DNA of 64,000 bases from an uncultured Pelagibacteraceae bacterium (lineage in GTDB: Bacteria; Pseudomonadota; Alphaproteobacteria; Pelagibacterales; Pelagibacteraceae), in contig CACECJ010000004.1 in assembly GCA_902557935.1 (NCBI GenBank), positions 1,168-65,167 on the forward strand. The letters run 5' to 3'. Position 1 is the first letter of the stretch, and each line of letters starts with the position of its first letter. Positions 41,333-54,409 of the stretch are shown here, in pieces. Position numbers and translations under genes: made by a program. The notes below the pieces were generated by a model that worked only from the letters and a program-made list of their open reading frames with translations, made no database searches and was not told the DNA's origin.

Positions 41333-42670
41333 TTAAATATTCAAAAATAATCTTTTGGGTTGTTCTAGAGACTCTTTTATAATTTTTAAAAATGATACAG
41401 CCTCTTTACCGTCTACAATTCTGTGATCATAGGATAATGCTAAATACATAACTGGTCTAACTTCAATACTACCATTTACCACAATTGGTCTTTGAACAAT
41501 ATTATGCATACCTAATACAGCTGATTGAGGAGGATTCAGTATTGGTGTAGATAACATTGATCCGTAAATTCCTCCATTAGTTATTGTGAATGTTCCTCCT
41601 TGAAGATCTTCAATTGTTATTTTTCCATCTCTTGCCTTTTGCCCAAGATCAGAAATATTTTTTTCTATATCTGCAAAAGACATTTCATCTGTCTCTCTCA
41701 GTACTGGCACTACTAATCCTCTATCAGTGCCAACTGCAATACTGATATTATAATAGTTTTTATAAACTATCTCCTCGCCTTGAATTTCTGAGTTTATTGC
41801 AGGATAATTTTTCAAGCCAATTACACATGATTTTACAAAGAAAGACATAAATCCTAATTTAACTCCATAATTTTGTTGAAAATCTTCTTTGTACTCATTC
41901 CTCATTGAGATTACTTCACTCATGTCCACCTCATTAAAGGTAGTTAACATAGCTGCTTTCTCTTGGGCTTCTTTTAATCTTTTTGCAATAGTTAATCTCA
42001 ATCTAGTCATTTTTACTCTTTCTTCTGGACCGTGTTTTATTTTTCTTTCTGATGGTGCGGGTTTGGAGCCCATTAAATTCATTATATCCTCTTTTAAAAT
42101 CACGCCATTTTTGCCTGTCCCTTTGACTGACTCTAAATCTATTTTAGCTTCACTTGCTATTTTTCTTGCAGCCGGAGAAATTTTGGTCTCTTTAATTTTA
42201 TCAGACGATTTTTCAAAAATTTTCTTATCCTCGTGAACCTCATTAAGGATTAACGGTTCATCCTCTAATTTTTCATTTTCTAATTTTAAAACCTGTTCTT
42301 CATTTTTTGTTTTGACATTTTTTTTAATTTGCGAGCTATGTTTGCTCTCATCAAACATTGTAGGGTGTTTCTGTTTATTTTTTTTCGGCGGACTATAAGA
42401 TTTTAGTTCTTTTAGGTTTTTAAGATTATTATCTGCATTATTTATTGTACCTAGAAGAGAACCTACGTTAACTGTTTCTCCCTCTTTTACCTCTATTTTA
42501 CCTAGAACTCCATTTGATGGAGCGGGGACTTCAACATTTACTTTATCAGTTTCTAGTTCAACTATTGGCTCATCGGCAGTTACCTTTTCACCTTGGGATT
42601 TTAACCATTTTGATACTGTTGCTTCGGTGACTGACTCACCTAAAGTAGGAACTGTAATTTTTTCTGACAT
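41333..42670 (-). CDS. sucB: 2-oxoglutarate dehydrogenase E2
   Basis: Lipoyl ETDKV, E3-binding domain and [10 protein letters not shown]. Confidence 0.97.
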   Translation of the reverse strand: MSEKITVPTLGESVTEATVSKWLKSQGEKVTADEPIVELETDKVNVEVPAPSNGVLGKIEVKEGETVNVGSLLGTINNADNNLKNLKELKSYSPPKKNKQKHPTMFDESKHSSQIKKNVKTKNEEQVLKLENEKLEDEPLILNEVHEDKKIFEKSSDKIKETKISPAARKIASEAKIDLESVKGTGKNGVILKEDIMNLMGSKPAPSERKIKHGPEERVKMTRLRLTIAKRLKEAQEKAAMLTTFNEVDMSEVISMRNEYKEDFQQNYGVKLGFMSFFVKSCVIGLKNYPAINSEIQGEEIVYKNYYNISIAVGTDRGLVVPVLRETDEMSFADIEKNISDLGQKARDGKITIEDLQGGTFTITNGGIYGSMLSTPILNPPQSAVLGMHNIVQRPIVVNGSIEVRPVMYLALSYDHRIVDGKEAVSFLKIIKESLEQPKRLFLNI

Positions 42671-45558
42671 TAGTGTTTAAGTATCTTTTCTAATATTTCT
42701 TTTTGTTGTGCAAGATGTTTGTTGGCATTTCCCGTCGCAGTGGTTGAAGAAGCTAATCTACCCACATATTTTATGTTAATATCCTTAAAATTAATCATTT
42801 CTAAAGTTCTTTCAATATAATTTCTAACGGTATTCCAAGCTCCCATGTTTTTTGGCTCTTCCTGACACCATAAAAATTTAGCTTTTTTATATTTTTTCAA
42901 TATCTTTGCTAAAGTTTTAGCGGGAAATGGGTAAAGTTGCTCAATTCTTACAATAACTACATCATCTGTTTTAGTTTTTTCTCTTTCCTCGACTAAATCG
43001 TAATAAATTTTTCCAGAGCACATTACAACTTTTTTAATCTTATTTTCTTTTTTAAGTGGGATTAAATTGTTTGCCTTTACATAAGCATCATCTTCCAAAA
43101 CTCTATGGAATGAACTTTTTGTTATAAATTCTGAAATGTCTGAAACGCAACGTTTATTTCTCAATAAAGATTTAGGTGTCATTATTATTAATGGTTTTCT
43201 AAATTCTCGATGCATCTGTCTTCTTAAAACATGAAAATAATTTGAAGGGGTAGTACAGTTAACTACTTGAATATTTTCTCCTGCACACAATTGCAAAAAT
43301 CTTTCTAATCTTGCCGAAGAATGCTCTGGACCTTGTCCTTCATAACCATGAGGTAATAACATAACTAATCCACTTGCTCTTCCCCACTTAGATTCTGACG
43401 AAGTTATAAATTGATCAATAATCACTTGAGCTCCATTAGCAAAATCTCCAAATTGTGCCTCCCATAGAACAAGTGTTTCTGGTTCTGATAAAGAGTAACC
43501 ATACTCAAATCCAAGCACTGCAAACTCTGAAAGTAAACTATCTATAATTTCAAATTTCTTTTGACCGACTTGAATATTATTCAATGGAAAGTAGCGATCA
43601 TGGTTATCCTGATTTCTTAAAACAGCATGTCTTTGGCTAAATGTACCCCTGCCAGAGTCTTGGCCTGATAATCTTACTGAAAATCCCTCAATCAGTAAGG
43701 TTCCAATAGCTAATGACTCAGCAGCAGACCAGTCGATCTTACCTTGTTTGAACATTTTTTCTCTTAAATCAAAAACCTTTTTTAAAGTTTTATGCGCATT
43801 AAAATCTGCCGGAACTTTAAATATTTTTTTTCCCACTTTTAATAATATATTTTTCTCAATTCCACTTTTTCCCCTCTTGTCTTTTCCTAGACCTGGCTTA
43901 AACCTAGACCATACACCGTCAAACCATTTTAATTCAGATTTATAATTTTTAGATGATGTAAATTCATTTTCTAAATAATTCTTAAATTTGACTTTATCTT
44001 TTTCTATTTGATTGCTATTAGTTATACCCTCATTTGAAAGTTTTTTTCCGTATAAAGTTAATGTAGTAGGGTGAGATCTAATTTTTTTATACATTATTGG
44101 CTGAGTGAATGAGGGCTCATCACCTTCATTATGACCAAAACGCCTGTAACAGACCATATCTATAACAACATCGCGATTAAATTTTTGTCTGTACTCTGTA
44201 GCAATCTTAGCACAATGCGTGACTGCTTCGGGATCATCTCCATTTACATGAAAAATTGGAGCTTGAGCGGTTTTTGCTACATCAGATGGGTATGGAGATG
44301 ATCTAGCAAATCTTGGTGCAGTAGTAAATCCTATTTGGTTGTTTACTATTATATGTATCGTCCCTCCTATATTATGTCCAGGTAAGCCTGACATTGCGAA
44401 ACACTCTGCAACTATCCCTTGACCAGCAAAAGCCGCATCTCCATGCATCAATACTGGAATAACTTTTTTTCTATCTCTATCTTTATGAAAAAATTGTTTA
44501 GCTCTTACCTGTCCTAGAACAACAGGATTTACAGCTTCAAGGTGGGATGGATTGTCTGTTAAACTTATGTGAACAACATTTCCATCAAACTCTCTATTAG
44601 AGGATGCTCCTAGGTGGTATTTTACGTCCCCTTCAAAATCTTTGCTTGCATTGACAGATTTACCAAAAAATTCACTAAAAATTGCTCTGAATGGTTTTCC
44701 CATCACATTAGCTAAAACGTTTAATCTTCCTCTATGAGGCATTCCGATCTTAATTTCTTTTGCGCCAAGATTTCCACCCTTTTTTATAATTTGCTCCAAG
44801 GCTGGGATAAGTGACTCTCCGCCATCTAAACCAAATCTTTTTGTCCCTACAAACTTTACATGTAAATATTTTTCAAATCCCTCGGCCTGTATCATTTTAT
44901 TTAAAATTGCTTTTTTTCCATTTAGCGTAAAAGTAATATTTTTTTCAGGACCTTCAATTCTATTTCTAATCCATGCTTTTTCGTCTGGATCACTCATGTG
45001 CATAAACTCGTATCCAATAGTTGAACAATAAGTTTTTTTTAAAATTTTAAGAATTTGCTCTAGATTAGCGTATTGAAGTCCTAACACTCCGTCTAAAAAT
45101 ATATTTCTTTTATAATCTTCTTTTGTGAAACCATAAGTTTCCGGTTTTAATTCAGAATGTTCTTTTTTTTCTTGGATAGATAAAGGATCTAGATTTGCTA
45201 TGAGATGACCTCTTATTCTAAAAGCTCTGATTAGCATTATTGCCCGCACAGAATCTTGCGAAGCTTGCTTTATAGAATCTGAATTTATATTTTCAGGCTT
45301 ATTTTGTTTTTCTTCTATTTCATTTTTTGGAAAATTAATTTTCTTAATTTTCTTAACTGGTGACCAGCTGGGGCCATTTAAATCATTTAAAACTAGTCTT
45401 TCATCTTCGCTTAAACCATCAAAAAATCTTTTCCATCCTTTTGGTAAAGAATCTGGATCTGAAAGATAATCTGAGTAAAATTTATTTATAAATTCTGAAT
45501 TTATTCCTGATAAGAAAGATGTTTTTTTGTAGGTTATATTATTATCTGATGAGGACAT
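42670..45558 (-). CDS. sucA: 2-oxoglutarate dehydrogenase E1
   Basis: [21 protein letters not shown] and WEAQFGDF. Confidence 0.97.
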   Translation of the reverse strand: MSSSDNNITYKKTSFLSGINSEFINKFYSDYLSDPDSLPKGWKRFFDGLSEDERLVLNDLNGPSWSPVKKIKKINFPKNEIEEKQNKPENINSDSIKQASQDSVRAIMLIRAFRIRGHLIANLDPLSIQEKKEHSELKPETYGFTKEDYKRNIFLDGVLGLQYANLEQILKILKKTYCSTIGYEFMHMSDPDEKAWIRNRIEGPEKNITFTLNGKKAILNKMIQAEGFEKYLHVKFVGTKRFGLDGGESLIPALEQIIKKGGNLGAKEIKIGMPHRGRLNVLANVMGKPFRAIFSEFFGKSVNASKDFEGDVKYHLGASSNREFDGNVVHISLTDNPSHLEAVNPVVLGQVRAKQFFHKDRDRKKVIPVLMHGDAAFAGQGIVAECFAMSGLPGHNIGGTIHIIVNNQIGFTTAPRFARSSPYPSDVAKTAQAPIFHVNGDDPEAVTHCAKIATEYRQKFNRDVVIDMVCYRRFGHNEGDEPSFTQPIMYKKIRSHPTTLTLYGKKLSNEGITNSNQIEKDKVKFKNYLENEFTSSKNYKSELKWFDGVWSRFKPGLGKDKRGKSGIEKNILLKVGKKIFKVPADFNAHKTLKKVFDLREKMFKQGKIDWSAAESLAIGTLLIEGFSVRLSGQDSGRGTFSQRHAVLRNQDNHDRYFPLNNIQVGQKKFEIIDSLLSEFAVLGFEYGYSLSEPETLVLWEAQFGDFANGAQVIIDQFITSSESKWGRASGLVMLLPHGYEGQGPEHSSARLERFLQLCAGENIQVVNCTTPSNYFHVLRRQMHREFRKPLIIMTPKSLLRNKRCVSDISEFITKSSFHRVLEDDAYVKANNLIPLKKENKIKKVVMCSGKIYYDLVEEREKTKTDDVVIVRIEQLYPFPAKTLAKILKKYKKAKFLWCQEEPKNMGAWNTVRNYIERTLEMINFKDINIKYVGRLASSTTATGNANKHLAQQKEILEKILKH

Positions 45559-45590
45559 TAATAAATTATTTTAACATAAAATATTGAAAA

Positions 45591-46466
45591 TCAACCATTT
45601 AGTTTATCATATAAAGTTTTGCCTATATCTGCTGGTGAATTAGATATTGTAATGCCTGCTGATTTCATTATTTCAATTTTTTCCTCAGCACCGCCTTTAC
45701 CTCCTGATATTATAGCTCCTGCATGCCCCATTCTTCTACCCGGTGGGGCTGTTAATCCAGCTATAAAACCGACTGTTGGCTTTTTTACTTTTTCTTTTTT
45801 TAAAAATTCAGCGGCTTCCTCCTCTGCAGAACCGCCAATTTCTCCAATCATGACAATAGATTTCGTTTCGTCGTCTTTTAAAAAGAGTTCTAAACAATCT
45901 ATAAAATTTGTTCCATTTATTGGATCTCCACCGATGCCAATACACGTAGATTGTCCCATTTTATTTGACGAGGTCTGTGCAACAGCTTCGTAAGTCAGTG
46001 TTCCAGATCTTGAAACAATTCCTACTGAACCTTTTTTGTGGATATTGCCAGGCATAATCCCTATTTTACATTCGTCTGGTGTAATAATACCAGGACAGTT
46101 CGGACCGATTAACCTTGAATTACTATTTTGTAAAATTTTTTTTACTTTTAACATATCTAAAACTGGTATTCCTTCAGTTATGCAAACTATTAATTCAATT
46201 TTGGCTTCTATGGCCTCTATAATTGCAGAGCCTGCAAACTTGGGTGGTACATAAATCATACTAGCATTAGCAGATGTTTGATCCTTCGCTTCTTGAACTG
46301 TATTAAACACTGGTAGATTCAAGTGTTTCTGTCCGCCTTTATTTGGAGTGACTCCACCTACTAAAAGAGTTCCATATTTCAAGGCTTGTTCAGAATGAAA
46401 GGTTCCATGTGTTCCTGTAAAACCTTGGCAAATAACCTTTGTGTTTTTATCGACTAAAATTGACAT
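45591..46466 (-). CDS. sucD: Succinyl-CoA synthetase alpha subunit
   Basis: GPNCPG, SRSGTL and MGHAGA. Confidence 0.97.
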   Translation of the reverse strand: MSILVDKNTKVICQGFTGTHGTFHSEQALKYGTLLVGGVTPNKGGQKHLNLPVFNTVQEAKDQTSANASMIYVPPKFAGSAIIEAIEAKIELIVCITEGIPVLDMLKVKKILQNSNSRLIGPNCPGIITPDECKIGIMPGNIHKKGSVGIVSRSGTLTYEAVAQTSSNKMGQSTCIGIGGDPINGTNFIDCLELFLKDDETKSIVMIGEIGGSAEEEAAEFLKKEKVKKPTVGFIAGLTAPPGRRMGHAGAIISGGKGGAEEKIEIMKSAGITISNSPADIGKTLYDKLNG

Positions 46467-47630
46467 TTACTTTATGGCTCCGATAATTTTTTTGGCAGCA
46501 TCATTAAGGTCTGTAGCCGATAAGATTTTTAATTTTGAATTATCTAAAATTTCTTTACCTTCTTTAAAATTAGTACCCGCAAGTCTTACAACAAGTGGCA
46601 CTGACAAATTTACTTGTTTAGCCGCTTCAACTACACCTTGAGCTAAAACATCACATCTCATAATCCCACCGAATATATTTATTAAAATTCCTCTTACATT
46701 TTTATCTGCTAAAATTAATTTAAAAGCTGCTGTTACTTTTTCTTTCGACGCACCACCGCCAACGTCTAAGAAGTTTGCTGGCTCTTGACCATACAATTTT
46801 ATAATATCCATTGTAGCCATTGCTAATCCTGCGCCATTCACCATGCAACCAATTGAACCATTAAGTTTTATATAGGCAAGATCATATTTACTTGCCTCAA
46901 TCTCAGCAGGATCTTCTTCATTTAAATCCCTTAACGCCAATATTTCAGGCCTTCTAAAAATTGCATTATCATCAAAGTTCATTTTTGCATCTAAGCAAAC
47001 AATTTTATTTTCTTTAGTTATAATTAATGGATTGATTTCAATTAAACTTGCATCTTTTTCTAAAATAATTTTATAAAGAGACTCAGTTAATTTCTTAGCT
47101 ACGATTTTTTGTTCATCATTAAAATTAAACACCCTAATAATTTTCTCTATTTCTTCATCACTTGGTCCCTCATCTTTTAAATCAATTTTTGTAGTAATTA
47201 TTTTATCTGGATTCTGGGATGCGACTTCTTCAATATCCATGCCTCCTTCAATACTACTTATAAAAGCAATTTTAGAAGTTTCTCTATCCACTAAGCATGA
47301 AAAGTAAAATTCTTTTGAAATATTTGAAGCTTCCTCAATATAAAGTCTTTTTACTTCTCTTCCATCTGGGCCTGTTTGGTGAGTAATTAAAACCTTTCCC
47401 ATCATTTTCTTAGCTTCATCTTCCAATTCAGCAATATTCTTTATTAGTTTAACACCACCGGCTTTTCCTCTGCCTCCAGCATGAATCTGGGCCTTTAAAA
47501 CAAATTCTTTACTTTGAAGTTTTTTTATTTTTTCTTTGATTTCGTCGACTGAAAAAACAACTATGCCTTTAGAAACAGGTGCTCCAAAATCTTTTAAAAT
47601 TTTTTTTGCTTGGTGCTCGTGAATATTCAT
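46467..47630 (-). CDS. sucC: Succinyl-CoA synthetase beta subunit
   Basis: KAQIHAGGRGKAGG and NGAGLAMATMD. Confidence 0.97.
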   Translation of the reverse strand: MNIHEHQAKKILKDFGAPVSKGIVVFSVDEIKEKIKKLQSKEFVLKAQIHAGGRGKAGGVKLIKNIAELEDEAKKMMGKVLITHQTGPDGREVKRLYIEEASNISKEFYFSCLVDRETSKIAFISSIEGGMDIEEVASQNPDKIITTKIDLKDEGPSDEEIEKIIRVFNFNDEQKIVAKKLTESLYKIILEKDASLIEINPLIITKENKIVCLDAKMNFDDNAIFRRPEILALRDLNEEDPAEIEASKYDLAYIKLNGSIGCMVNGAGLAMATMDIIKLYGQEPANFLDVGGGASKEKVTAAFKLILADKNVRGILINIFGGIMRCDVLAQGVVEAAKQVNLSVPLVVRLAGTNFKEGKEILDNSKLKILSATDLNDAAKKIIGAIK

Positions 47631-47638
47631 TTTTTTTT

Positions 47639-48598
47639 TTAATTAAGACTATTATCAATTTTTTTAGCTGCTTCTAACAAGTCTTGAACAGATCTTATTG
47701 ATTTTTGGAAATTTACTTTTTCCTCATCTGATAAATCCATTTGAATTACCTTCTCTACACCTGAGGCGCCTATTATTACTGGGACACCTGCGTATAGTCC
47801 TTTAGTATCGTATTCTCCGTTTAAGTAAGCAGCACAGGGAAGTTGTTTTTTCTGATCTTTAATATAACTTTCTGCCATTTCAACTCCAGAGGCGGCAGGA
47901 GCATAAAATGCGGATCCTTTTTCTAGGTATTTAACAATTTCAGCACCACCATTTTTTGTCCTATTAACAATCTCATCTAAAGTTTTTTTTTTAATTTTAC
48001 CTTCTTTAACTAACTCATGAATATTTTTTCCATTAACTGTGGTTGAATTCAACATTGCTACCATGCTATCTCCATGTCCACCCAAGACGAATGATTTTAT
48101 TTTTTGTACAGGCACATTAAGCTCTTGTGATAAGAAATAAATAAACCTCGATGAGTCTAAAATACCTGCCATACCTACAACTTTATTTTTTGGAAATCCT
48201 GAGTATTTTTGTAACGCCATGACTATTACATCTAACGGGTTAGTTATACAAATTACAAAAGCATTAGGTGATGTATTTCTTATTCCGTCTGCTACCTGTT
48301 TGATTATTTTTAAATTTATTCCAAGTAAGTCGTCCCTAGTCATCCCTGGTTTTCTTGGCACGCCAGCTGTTATTATTATTACATCTGAATTTTTTGTATC
48401 TTCATATGAATTAGTTCCAATTATATTCATATTAAATCCACTCACCGGAGATGACTGTGCTATGTCCAAAGCTTTGCCTTTTGCAATACCTTCGGCAACA
48501 TCAAAAAGAACTATATCAGCTAGACCTTTTAAGGCTATCAGATGCGCTAAAGTTCCGCCTATTTGTCCAGCACCAATTAAAGATATTTTTTTTCTCAT
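47639..48598 (-). CDS. mdh: Malate dehydrogenase (LDH-like)
   Basis: [17 protein letters not shown] and GGHGD. Confidence 0.97.
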   Translation of the reverse strand: MRKKISLIGAGQIGGTLAHLIALKGLADIVLFDVAEGIAKGKALDIAQSSPVSGFNMNIIGTNSYEDTKNSDVIIITAGVPRKPGMTRDDLLGINLKIIKQVADGIRNTSPNAFVICITNPLDVIVMALQKYSGFPKNKVVGMAGILDSSRFIYFLSQELNVPVQKIKSFVLGGHGDSMVAMLNSTTVNGKNIHELVKEGKIKKKTLDEIVNRTKNGGAEIVKYLEKGSAFYAPAASGVEMAESYIKDQKKQLPCAAYLNGEYDTKGLYAGVPVIIGASGVEKVIQMDLSDEEKVNFQKSIRSVQDLLEAAKKIDNSLN

Positions 48599-48602
48599 AT
48601 TT

Positions 48603-50096
48603 TTACTTCATTGTAGGCATCACAAACTCTGGATCAGATCTTAATCCTGATGGCCACCTTGAAGTTATTGTTTTTAATTTTGTGTAAAATCTTACACCCT
48701 CTGGACCATGCATATGTTGGTCTCCAAACAGAGATCTTTTCCAACCACCAAAACTATGAAAAGCCATTGGAACTGGAATAGGAATATTAATGCCCACCAT
48801 TCCGATTTTTGCTTTAGATGAGAACGTTCGACCAGAATCACCATCTCTGGTAAAAATACTTACACCGTTTCCAAACTCATGATCATTAACTAATTTTAAT
48901 GCCTCATCAAAATCTTTAGCTCTTACAACAGAAAGTACTGGTCCAAAAATCTCCTCTTTATAAATTTTCATATTTTTAGTTACTTGATCAAACAAACAAC
49001 CACCAATATAGTATCCGTTCTCATAACCTTGGATTTTAAAGTCACGTCCATCCACAACTAATTTTGCGCCCTCTTTTACACCAATATCAACATAACTTTT
49101 AACTTTATTTAGATGCTCTTTTGTAACAAGTGGACCCATCTCAGACTGTTTATCCATGCCCGGTCCAACTTTAAGCGACTCAACTTTTTCAGCTAGTGAA
49201 CTCACTAATTTATCTCCTATTCCTCCCACTGCAACTGCAACTGATTGAGCCATGCATCTTTCGCCTGCTGAACCGTAAGCTGCACCCATTAGCCCATTTA
49301 CGGCTTGATCCAAATCACAATCTGGCATTACAACACAGTGATTTTTAGCTCCACCTAAAGCTTGAACTCTTTTTTCGTTTTTTGCACATTCTTCGTAGAT
49401 ATATTTTGCTATTGGCGTGGAGCCAACGAAACTCATTGCAACTACGTCTTTATTTTTTATTAAAGCATCAACAGCTTCTTTATCGCCATTAACAACATTA
49501 AATACACCATCAGGTAAACCGGCTTCTTTTAATAACTCCGCTAACCTTACTGAACATGATGGATCTTTTTCCGAGGGTTTTAGAATAAATGTATTCCCAC
49601 AAGCAATTGCCATAGGGAACATCCACATGGGCACCATCGCAGGAAAATTAAAAGGCGTTATTCCGGCACAAACTCCTAATGGTTGTCTAACTGACCAGCT
49701 ATCAACGTTTGATCCAACATTTTCGGTAAACTCTCCTTTCAACATTTGTGGTATTCCACAAGCGTACTCTACTACTTCGAGTCCTCTTGTTAGCGAACCT
49801 CGCGCATCTTCATAAACTTTTCCATGCTCAGAAACTATAATTTTTGTTAGTTCATCAGAATTTTTTTCTATCAACTCTTTAAATTTAAACATAATTCTTG
49901 CTCTTTGAAGTGGCGGTTTATTAGACCAAGAATCGAATGCTTTTTTTGCATTAGCCACAGCCTCGTTAACATCTTTTGTAGTTGCTAACTTTACTTCTGC
50001 GCTTTGTTCTCCAGTGGCTGGATTAAAAACCTTACCAGTTTTTTTTGACTCTCCAGAAAAAATTTTGCCTCCAACAAAATGCTGAATTATTTTCAT
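48603..50096 (-). CDS. mmsA: CoA-acylating (methyl)malonate-semialdehyde dehydrogenase
   Basis: [21 protein letters not shown] and [15 protein letters not shown]. Confidence 0.94.
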   Translation of the reverse strand: MKIIQHFVGGKIFSGESKKTGKVFNPATGEQSAEVKLATTKDVNEAVANAKKAFDSWSNKPPLQRARIMFKFKELIEKNSDELTKIIVSEHGKVYEDARGSLTRGLEVVEYACGIPQMLKGEFTENVGSNVDSWSVRQPLGVCAGITPFNFPAMVPMWMFPMAIACGNTFILKPSEKDPSCSVRLAELLKEAGLPDGVFNVVNGDKEAVDALIKNKDVVAMSFVGSTPIAKYIYEECAKNEKRVQALGGAKNHCVVMPDCDLDQAVNGLMGAAYGSAGERCMAQSVAVAVGGIGDKLVSSLAEKVESLKVGPGMDKQSEMGPLVTKEHLNKVKSYVDIGVKEGAKLVVDGRDFKIQGYENGYYIGGCLFDQVTKNMKIYKEEIFGPVLSVVRAKDFDEALKLVNDHEFGNGVSIFTRDGDSGRTFSSKAKIGMVGINIPIPVPMAFHSFGGWKRSLFGDQHMHGPEGVRFYTKLKTITSRWPSGLRSDPEFVMPTMK

Positions 50097-50119
50097 GATG
50101 TAATTGATTAAATAAGGTT

Positions 50120-50896
50120 TTAGCTTGTTGCAAGCATTTTTTTAATAGAACCTATAGCTTTTGCAGGATTAAGGCCTTTCGGACATGAATTTGTGCAATT
50201 CATTATTGTATGGCATCTATATAATTTTAATTCATCTGCAACTTTCTTCAACCTCTCTTTTTTGTCTCCATCTCTACTATCATTGATCCATCGATAAGCC
50301 TGCAGAAGAACTGCAGGACCTAAATATTTATCACCGTTCCACCAATAGCTTGGGCAAGATGTTGAGCAACATGCGCACAATATACACTCATAGTAGCCAT
50401 CTAGTTTTTCTCTATCTTTCTGTGATTGTTTTAATTCTATTTTTTCCTCACCTGTCTGATCTACTTTAAGCCACGGTTGTATTGACTCGTATTGTTTATA
50501 TAAAGTTGTTAAGTCTCCGATCAAGTCTTTAACAACTTTAAGATGAGGTAGAGGATAAACATTTAAATCACCTTTTATGTCTGTGTGAGATTTAATACAT
50601 GCAAGACCATTAATTCCATCAATGTTCATCGCACAAGACCCGCAAACACCGTGAGCACAGGATCTTCTAAAAGTTAGAGACGGGTCAATCTCATTTTTTA
50701 TTTTAAATAATATGTCTAAAACTTTTGGTCCGCAGTTATCCATGTCAACTTCGAAGGTATCAATTGACGGGTTCTTACCAGTTGATGGATCCCACCGATA
50801 CACGTTTACCTTTTTTATATTTTTTGAATTAGTTTTATCTTTATAATATTTTCCTACCTGAATTTTAGAGTTTTGCGGTAGGCTAAATTGTGCCAT
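50120..50896 (-). CDS. sdhB: Succinate dehydrogenase Fe-S subunit
   Basis: [24 protein letters not shown] and CHTIMNC. Confidence 0.97.
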   Translation of the reverse strand: MAQFSLPQNSKIQVGKYYKDKTNSKNIKKVNVYRWDPSTGKNPSIDTFEVDMDNCGPKVLDILFKIKNEIDPSLTFRRSCAHGVCGSCAMNIDGINGLACIKSHTDIKGDLNVYPLPHLKVVKDLIGDLTTLYKQYESIQPWLKVDQTGEEKIELKQSQKDREKLDGYYECILCACCSTSCPSYWWNGDKYLGPAVLLQAYRWINDSRDGDKKERLKKVADELKLYRCHTIMNCTNSCPKGLNPAKAIGSIKKMLATS

Positions 50897-50898
50897 TG

Positions 50899-52674
50899 TT
50901 AATATACTCTCTCCTTGGGTGGAAAGTACTGAACATCATTAGTTAATGTTCTGGAGTGAACATCTCTATATTTAATTTCAACCTTTTTTCCTTTTTGCCA
51001 AGCTAATGTATGTTTCATAAAGTTTTTATCATCTCTTTTTGCAAAATCTTCTCTAGCATGAGCTCCTCTACTTTCTTTTCTATTGTACGCAGAGTCCATA
51101 GTTGTCAAAGCTTGGCTTATCAAATTATCAAACTCAAGGGTCTCAACTAAGTCAGTATTAAATAATAGCGACTTATCTTTTACCGAGACGTCTTCCATGC
51201 CTTCATAAGGTTTTCTAATTTGGTCTACGCCCTCTTTTAAAGTTTTTTCAGTTCTAAACACTGCACATTTTGATTGCATTGTTTTTTGCATTTTTAATCT
51301 TAATTCTGAAGTTTTTGTTGATCCACTTGAGTTTCGAATTTTATCAAATCTTTCAAGACACTTATCTGTTTCTGAGTTTGATACTTCTTCATGAGGACTT
51401 CCTGGTTTGATAAGCTCAGCAGCTCTTTTAGCTGCTGCTCTTCCAAAAACCACTAGATCAATTAAAGAATTTGAGCCAAGTCTATTAGCTCCATGCACTG
51501 ACACGCAAGCCGCTTCCCCTATAGCCATCAAACCTGGCACAGTTTTTTCTGCTCCATTTAATGTCAGCACCTCTGCTTTGTAATTAGTTGGAATTCCTCC
51601 CATGTTGTAATGTACTGTCGGTACTACTGGAATGGGCTCTTTGCTTACATCAACATTTGCAAATGTTTTTGCAGCTTCGGAAATTCCTGGAAGTCTCTCA
51701 TCTATAACTTTTTTATCTATATGATCTAAGTGAAGATTTATATGATCTTTGTTTTTCCCTGCACCTCTTCCCTCGTTTATTTCCATTTCCATAGATCTGC
51801 TTACAACATCTCGAGATGCTAAATCTTTTGCATTCGGAGCATATCTTTCCATAAACCTTTCGCCTTTACCATTGACTAAAAATCCACCTTCACCTCTAAC
51901 ACCTTCTGTTATCAAACAACCTACTCCATATATTCCAGTTGGATGAAACTGAACAAATTCCATATCTTGTAAAGGTAAACCAGCTCTTAAAACCATAGCG
52001 TTACCATCTCCTGTGCAAGTATGGGCAGATGTGGCTGAATAATAAACTTTACCGTACCCGCCAGTTGCAATTATAGTAATATGAGACCTAAATCTATGAA
52101 TTGTCCCATCTGTTAAATTCCAGGCAATCACTCCTTTACATTCACCGTTTTTCATAATTAAATCTAAAGCAAAGTACTCAATAAAAAATTCAGTGTTTTG
52201 TTTTAGTGCTTGTCCGTACAATGTATGTAAAATTGCATGGCCTGTTCTATCAGCGGCTGCACATGTTCTTTGTGCTGTTCCGTTGCCATAATTTTTTGTC
52301 ATACCGCCAAAAGGTCTTTGATAAATTTTTCCATCATCTGTTCTACTAAAAGGAACACCATATCTCTCTAATTCAACAACTGCTCTTGGTGCTTCTTTGC
52401 ACAAATACTCAATTGCATCTTGATCACCAAGCCAGTCAGAGCCTTTTACCGTATCATACATGTGCCATCTCCAATCATCTTCACCCATGTTTCCTAAGGC
52501 AGCGGAGATACCACCTTGAGCAGCTGATGTGTGGCTTCGAGTTGGAAAAACTTTTGATATACAAGCAGTTTTTAAACCTGCTTCCGATAATCCAACCGCA
52601 GCTCTTAAGCCTGAACCACCAGCTCCAAGAACTACAACATCGTATTCGTGATCTATAATTTTATATGCGCTCAT
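50899..52674 (-). CDS. sdhA: Succinate dehydrogenase flavoprotein
   Basis: [15 protein letters not shown] and [11 protein letters not shown]. Confidence 0.98.
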   Translation of the reverse strand: MSAYKIIDHEYDVVVLGAGGSGLRAAVGLSEAGLKTACISKVFPTRSHTSAAQGGISAALGNMGEDDWRWHMYDTVKGSDWLGDQDAIEYLCKEAPRAVVELERYGVPFSRTDDGKIYQRPFGGMTKNYGNGTAQRTCAAADRTGHAILHTLYGQALKQNTEFFIEYFALDLIMKNGECKGVIAWNLTDGTIHRFRSHITIIATGGYGKVYYSATSAHTCTGDGNAMVLRAGLPLQDMEFVQFHPTGIYGVGCLITEGVRGEGGFLVNGKGERFMERYAPNAKDLASRDVVSRSMEMEINEGRGAGKNKDHINLHLDHIDKKVIDERLPGISEAAKTFANVDVSKEPIPVVPTVHYNMGGIPTNYKAEVLTLNGAEKTVPGLMAIGEAACVSVHGANRLGSNSLIDLVVFGRAAAKRAAELIKPGSPHEEVSNSETDKCLERFDKIRNSSGSTKTSELRLKMQKTMQSKCAVFRTEKTLKEGVDQIRKPYEGMEDVSVKDKSLLFNTDLVETLEFDNLISQALTTMDSAYNRKESRGAHAREDFAKRDDKNFMKHTLAWQKGKKVEIKYRDVHSRTLTNDVQYFPPKERVY

Positions 52675-53001
52675 TTAATTATGAATATATATACTTAAAA
52701 TTGTTAATAATGGAATTGTTATAGCAAATAAATATAATGCTTTATTTGCGACATTTTTGATTTTCTCATTATGTAAATAATCCTCAAAAATCTCACTTAT
52801 TGTCAGTGCTGAAAAAAAGAAAGCAATTACAATGAATACTGAAAATAATATTTTTGACGGTTGTTCAGAAAAAAAGGCTGTTATTTGAGAATGATTCTTA
52901 TCATAAATTGATACAAAATTTACCAAGAACCAAGCCATCAAGGGTATCAAAATTAATGAGCTAATCTTTGTAAAAAGCCACTTTTTTGTAGATGTATGCA
53001 T
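52675..53001 (-). CDS. sdhD: Succinate dehydrogenase membrane anchor
   Basis: Three TM helices, IFEDY motif, position between sdhC and sdhA. Confidence 0.88.
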   Translation of the reverse strand: MHTSTKKWLFTKISSLILIPLMAWFLVNFVSIYDKNHSQITAFFSEQPSKILFSVFIVIAFFFSALTISEIFEDYLHNEKIKNVANKALYLFAITIPLLTILSIYIHN

Positions 53002-53385
53002 TTAAAGAAAATTTCTCCCTAATATATAAAATAAAATTGTTAATACAAATGAACCAATGAAAACAATTATACCTGTAATTTTTGCTACTTTTAAATCAAA
53101 CCCATACCCTGCATCCCAAACTAAATGTCTTAATTCATTTAAAATGTGAAAGCTAAAAGTCCAACATAAGGAAATAACAATAAATTTTCCAAAACTTGTG
53201 TTTAAAAAAACATTTACAGCTGGATAATTATTTTGACCAAATATTATTAATACTACCCATACACAAATTAAAATTATTGCAAAAAAATTGATTACGCCAA
53301 CTATTCTATGAGCAATTGATAGTAAAGAGGAAATTTGCCATTTGTAAATTTGAAGATGAGGACTTAGGGGATTATTTTTTTCCAT
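53002..53385 (-). CDS. sdhC: Succinate dehydrogenase cytochrome b556 subunit
   Basis: PLSPHLQIY, SIAHRI and RHLVWD; ATG 53385 preferred. Confidence 0.93.
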   Translation of the reverse strand: MEKNNPLSPHLQIYKWQISSLLSIAHRIVGVINFFAIILICVWVVLIIFGQNNYPAVNVFLNTSFGKFIVISLCWTFSFHILNELRHLVWDAGYGFDLKVAKITGIIVFIGSFVLTILFYILGRNFL

Positions 53386-53405
53386 GCTTAACTTATAAAC
53401 CAAAG

Positions 53406-54398
53406 TTATATTTTTTTCATCAAACTCTCTGCTATTTGAACTGTATTTAAAGCCGCTCCCTTTAATAAATTATCAGAAACTACCCACAAATTGATAGCTT
53501 TAATATTGGAATTGTCCTTTCTTATCCTAGAAATGAAAGTTGTATAGTCGCCTTCGGCTTCTAAGGGAGTTATATAACCACCATCTTTTCTTTCATCAAC
53601 AACTTTGCATCCAGGTGCTGTTTGAAGTATCTTAATTATATTTTCAAAATCATAAAGGTTTTCAAATTCAATATTAATTGACTCCGAATGCCCTGTTCTC
53701 ACTGGAACCCTTACGCAGGTTGCTGTAACTTCGATTTCGTTATCTAAAATTTTTTTTGTCTCATTAGTCATTTTTAATTCTTCTTTTGTATACCCATCTT
53801 TTTCAAAAACGTCGATGTGAGGTATTAAATTAAATGCTATTTGTTTCGTAAAGTTTTGAGAATTAATTTTTTTTCCTTCTAAATATTTTTTTGATTGATC
53901 AAAAAGCTCATCCATTGAAGCTTTACCTGCACCAGATACAGCTTGGTAAGTCGAGACTACTACTCTTTTAATTTTGTATTCATCATGTAAAGGTTTTAAT
54001 GCTAAAACCATTTGCATCGTCGAGCAGTTTGGATTTGAAATTATATTGTTATGTTTATCAAGAGCTTCAGGATTAACTTCTGAAACAACAAGTGGAACAT
54101 CTTTTTGCATTCTAAAATAACTTGAATTGTCAATTATTATAGTTTTTTTTGATGCTTTCGGAGCCCATTCTTTCGCGATCTTACTACCTGCTGCAAAAAA
54201 AGTAATTTGTGCTTTAGAAAAATCATAATTTTCTAAAACCTCAATCTCAATTTCTTTATTTCTAAATTTAATTTTTTTTCCTGCGCTTTTTGAGGAAGCT
54301 ACTAAAAAAAGGTTATCGAGTTTAATTTTAGATTTCTCTAAAATCTCAATTGTTTTTCTTCCAACGTTACCTGAGGCACCAATAATTGCGAAATTCAT
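53406..54398 (-). CDS. asd: Aspartate-semialdehyde dehydrogenase
   Basis: GASGNVG, NPNCST and DNLLKGAA. Confidence 0.96.
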   Translation of the reverse strand: MNFAIIGASGNVGRKTIEILEKSKIKLDNLFLVASSKSAGKKIKFRNKEIEIEVLENYDFSKAQITFFAAGSKIAKEWAPKASKKTIIIDNSSYFRMQKDVPLVVSEVNPEALDKHNNIISNPNCSTMQMVLALKPLHDEYKIKRVVVSTYQAVSGAGKASMDELFDQSKKYLEGKKINSQNFTKQIAFNLIPHIDVFEKDGYTKEELKMTNETKKILDNEIEVTATCVRVPVRTGHSESINIEFENLYDFENIIKILQTAPGCKVVDERKDGGYITPLEAEGDYTTFISRIRKDNSNIKAINLWVVSDNLLKGAALNTVQIAESLMKKI

Positions 54399-54409
54399 AA
54401 TGATTTACT

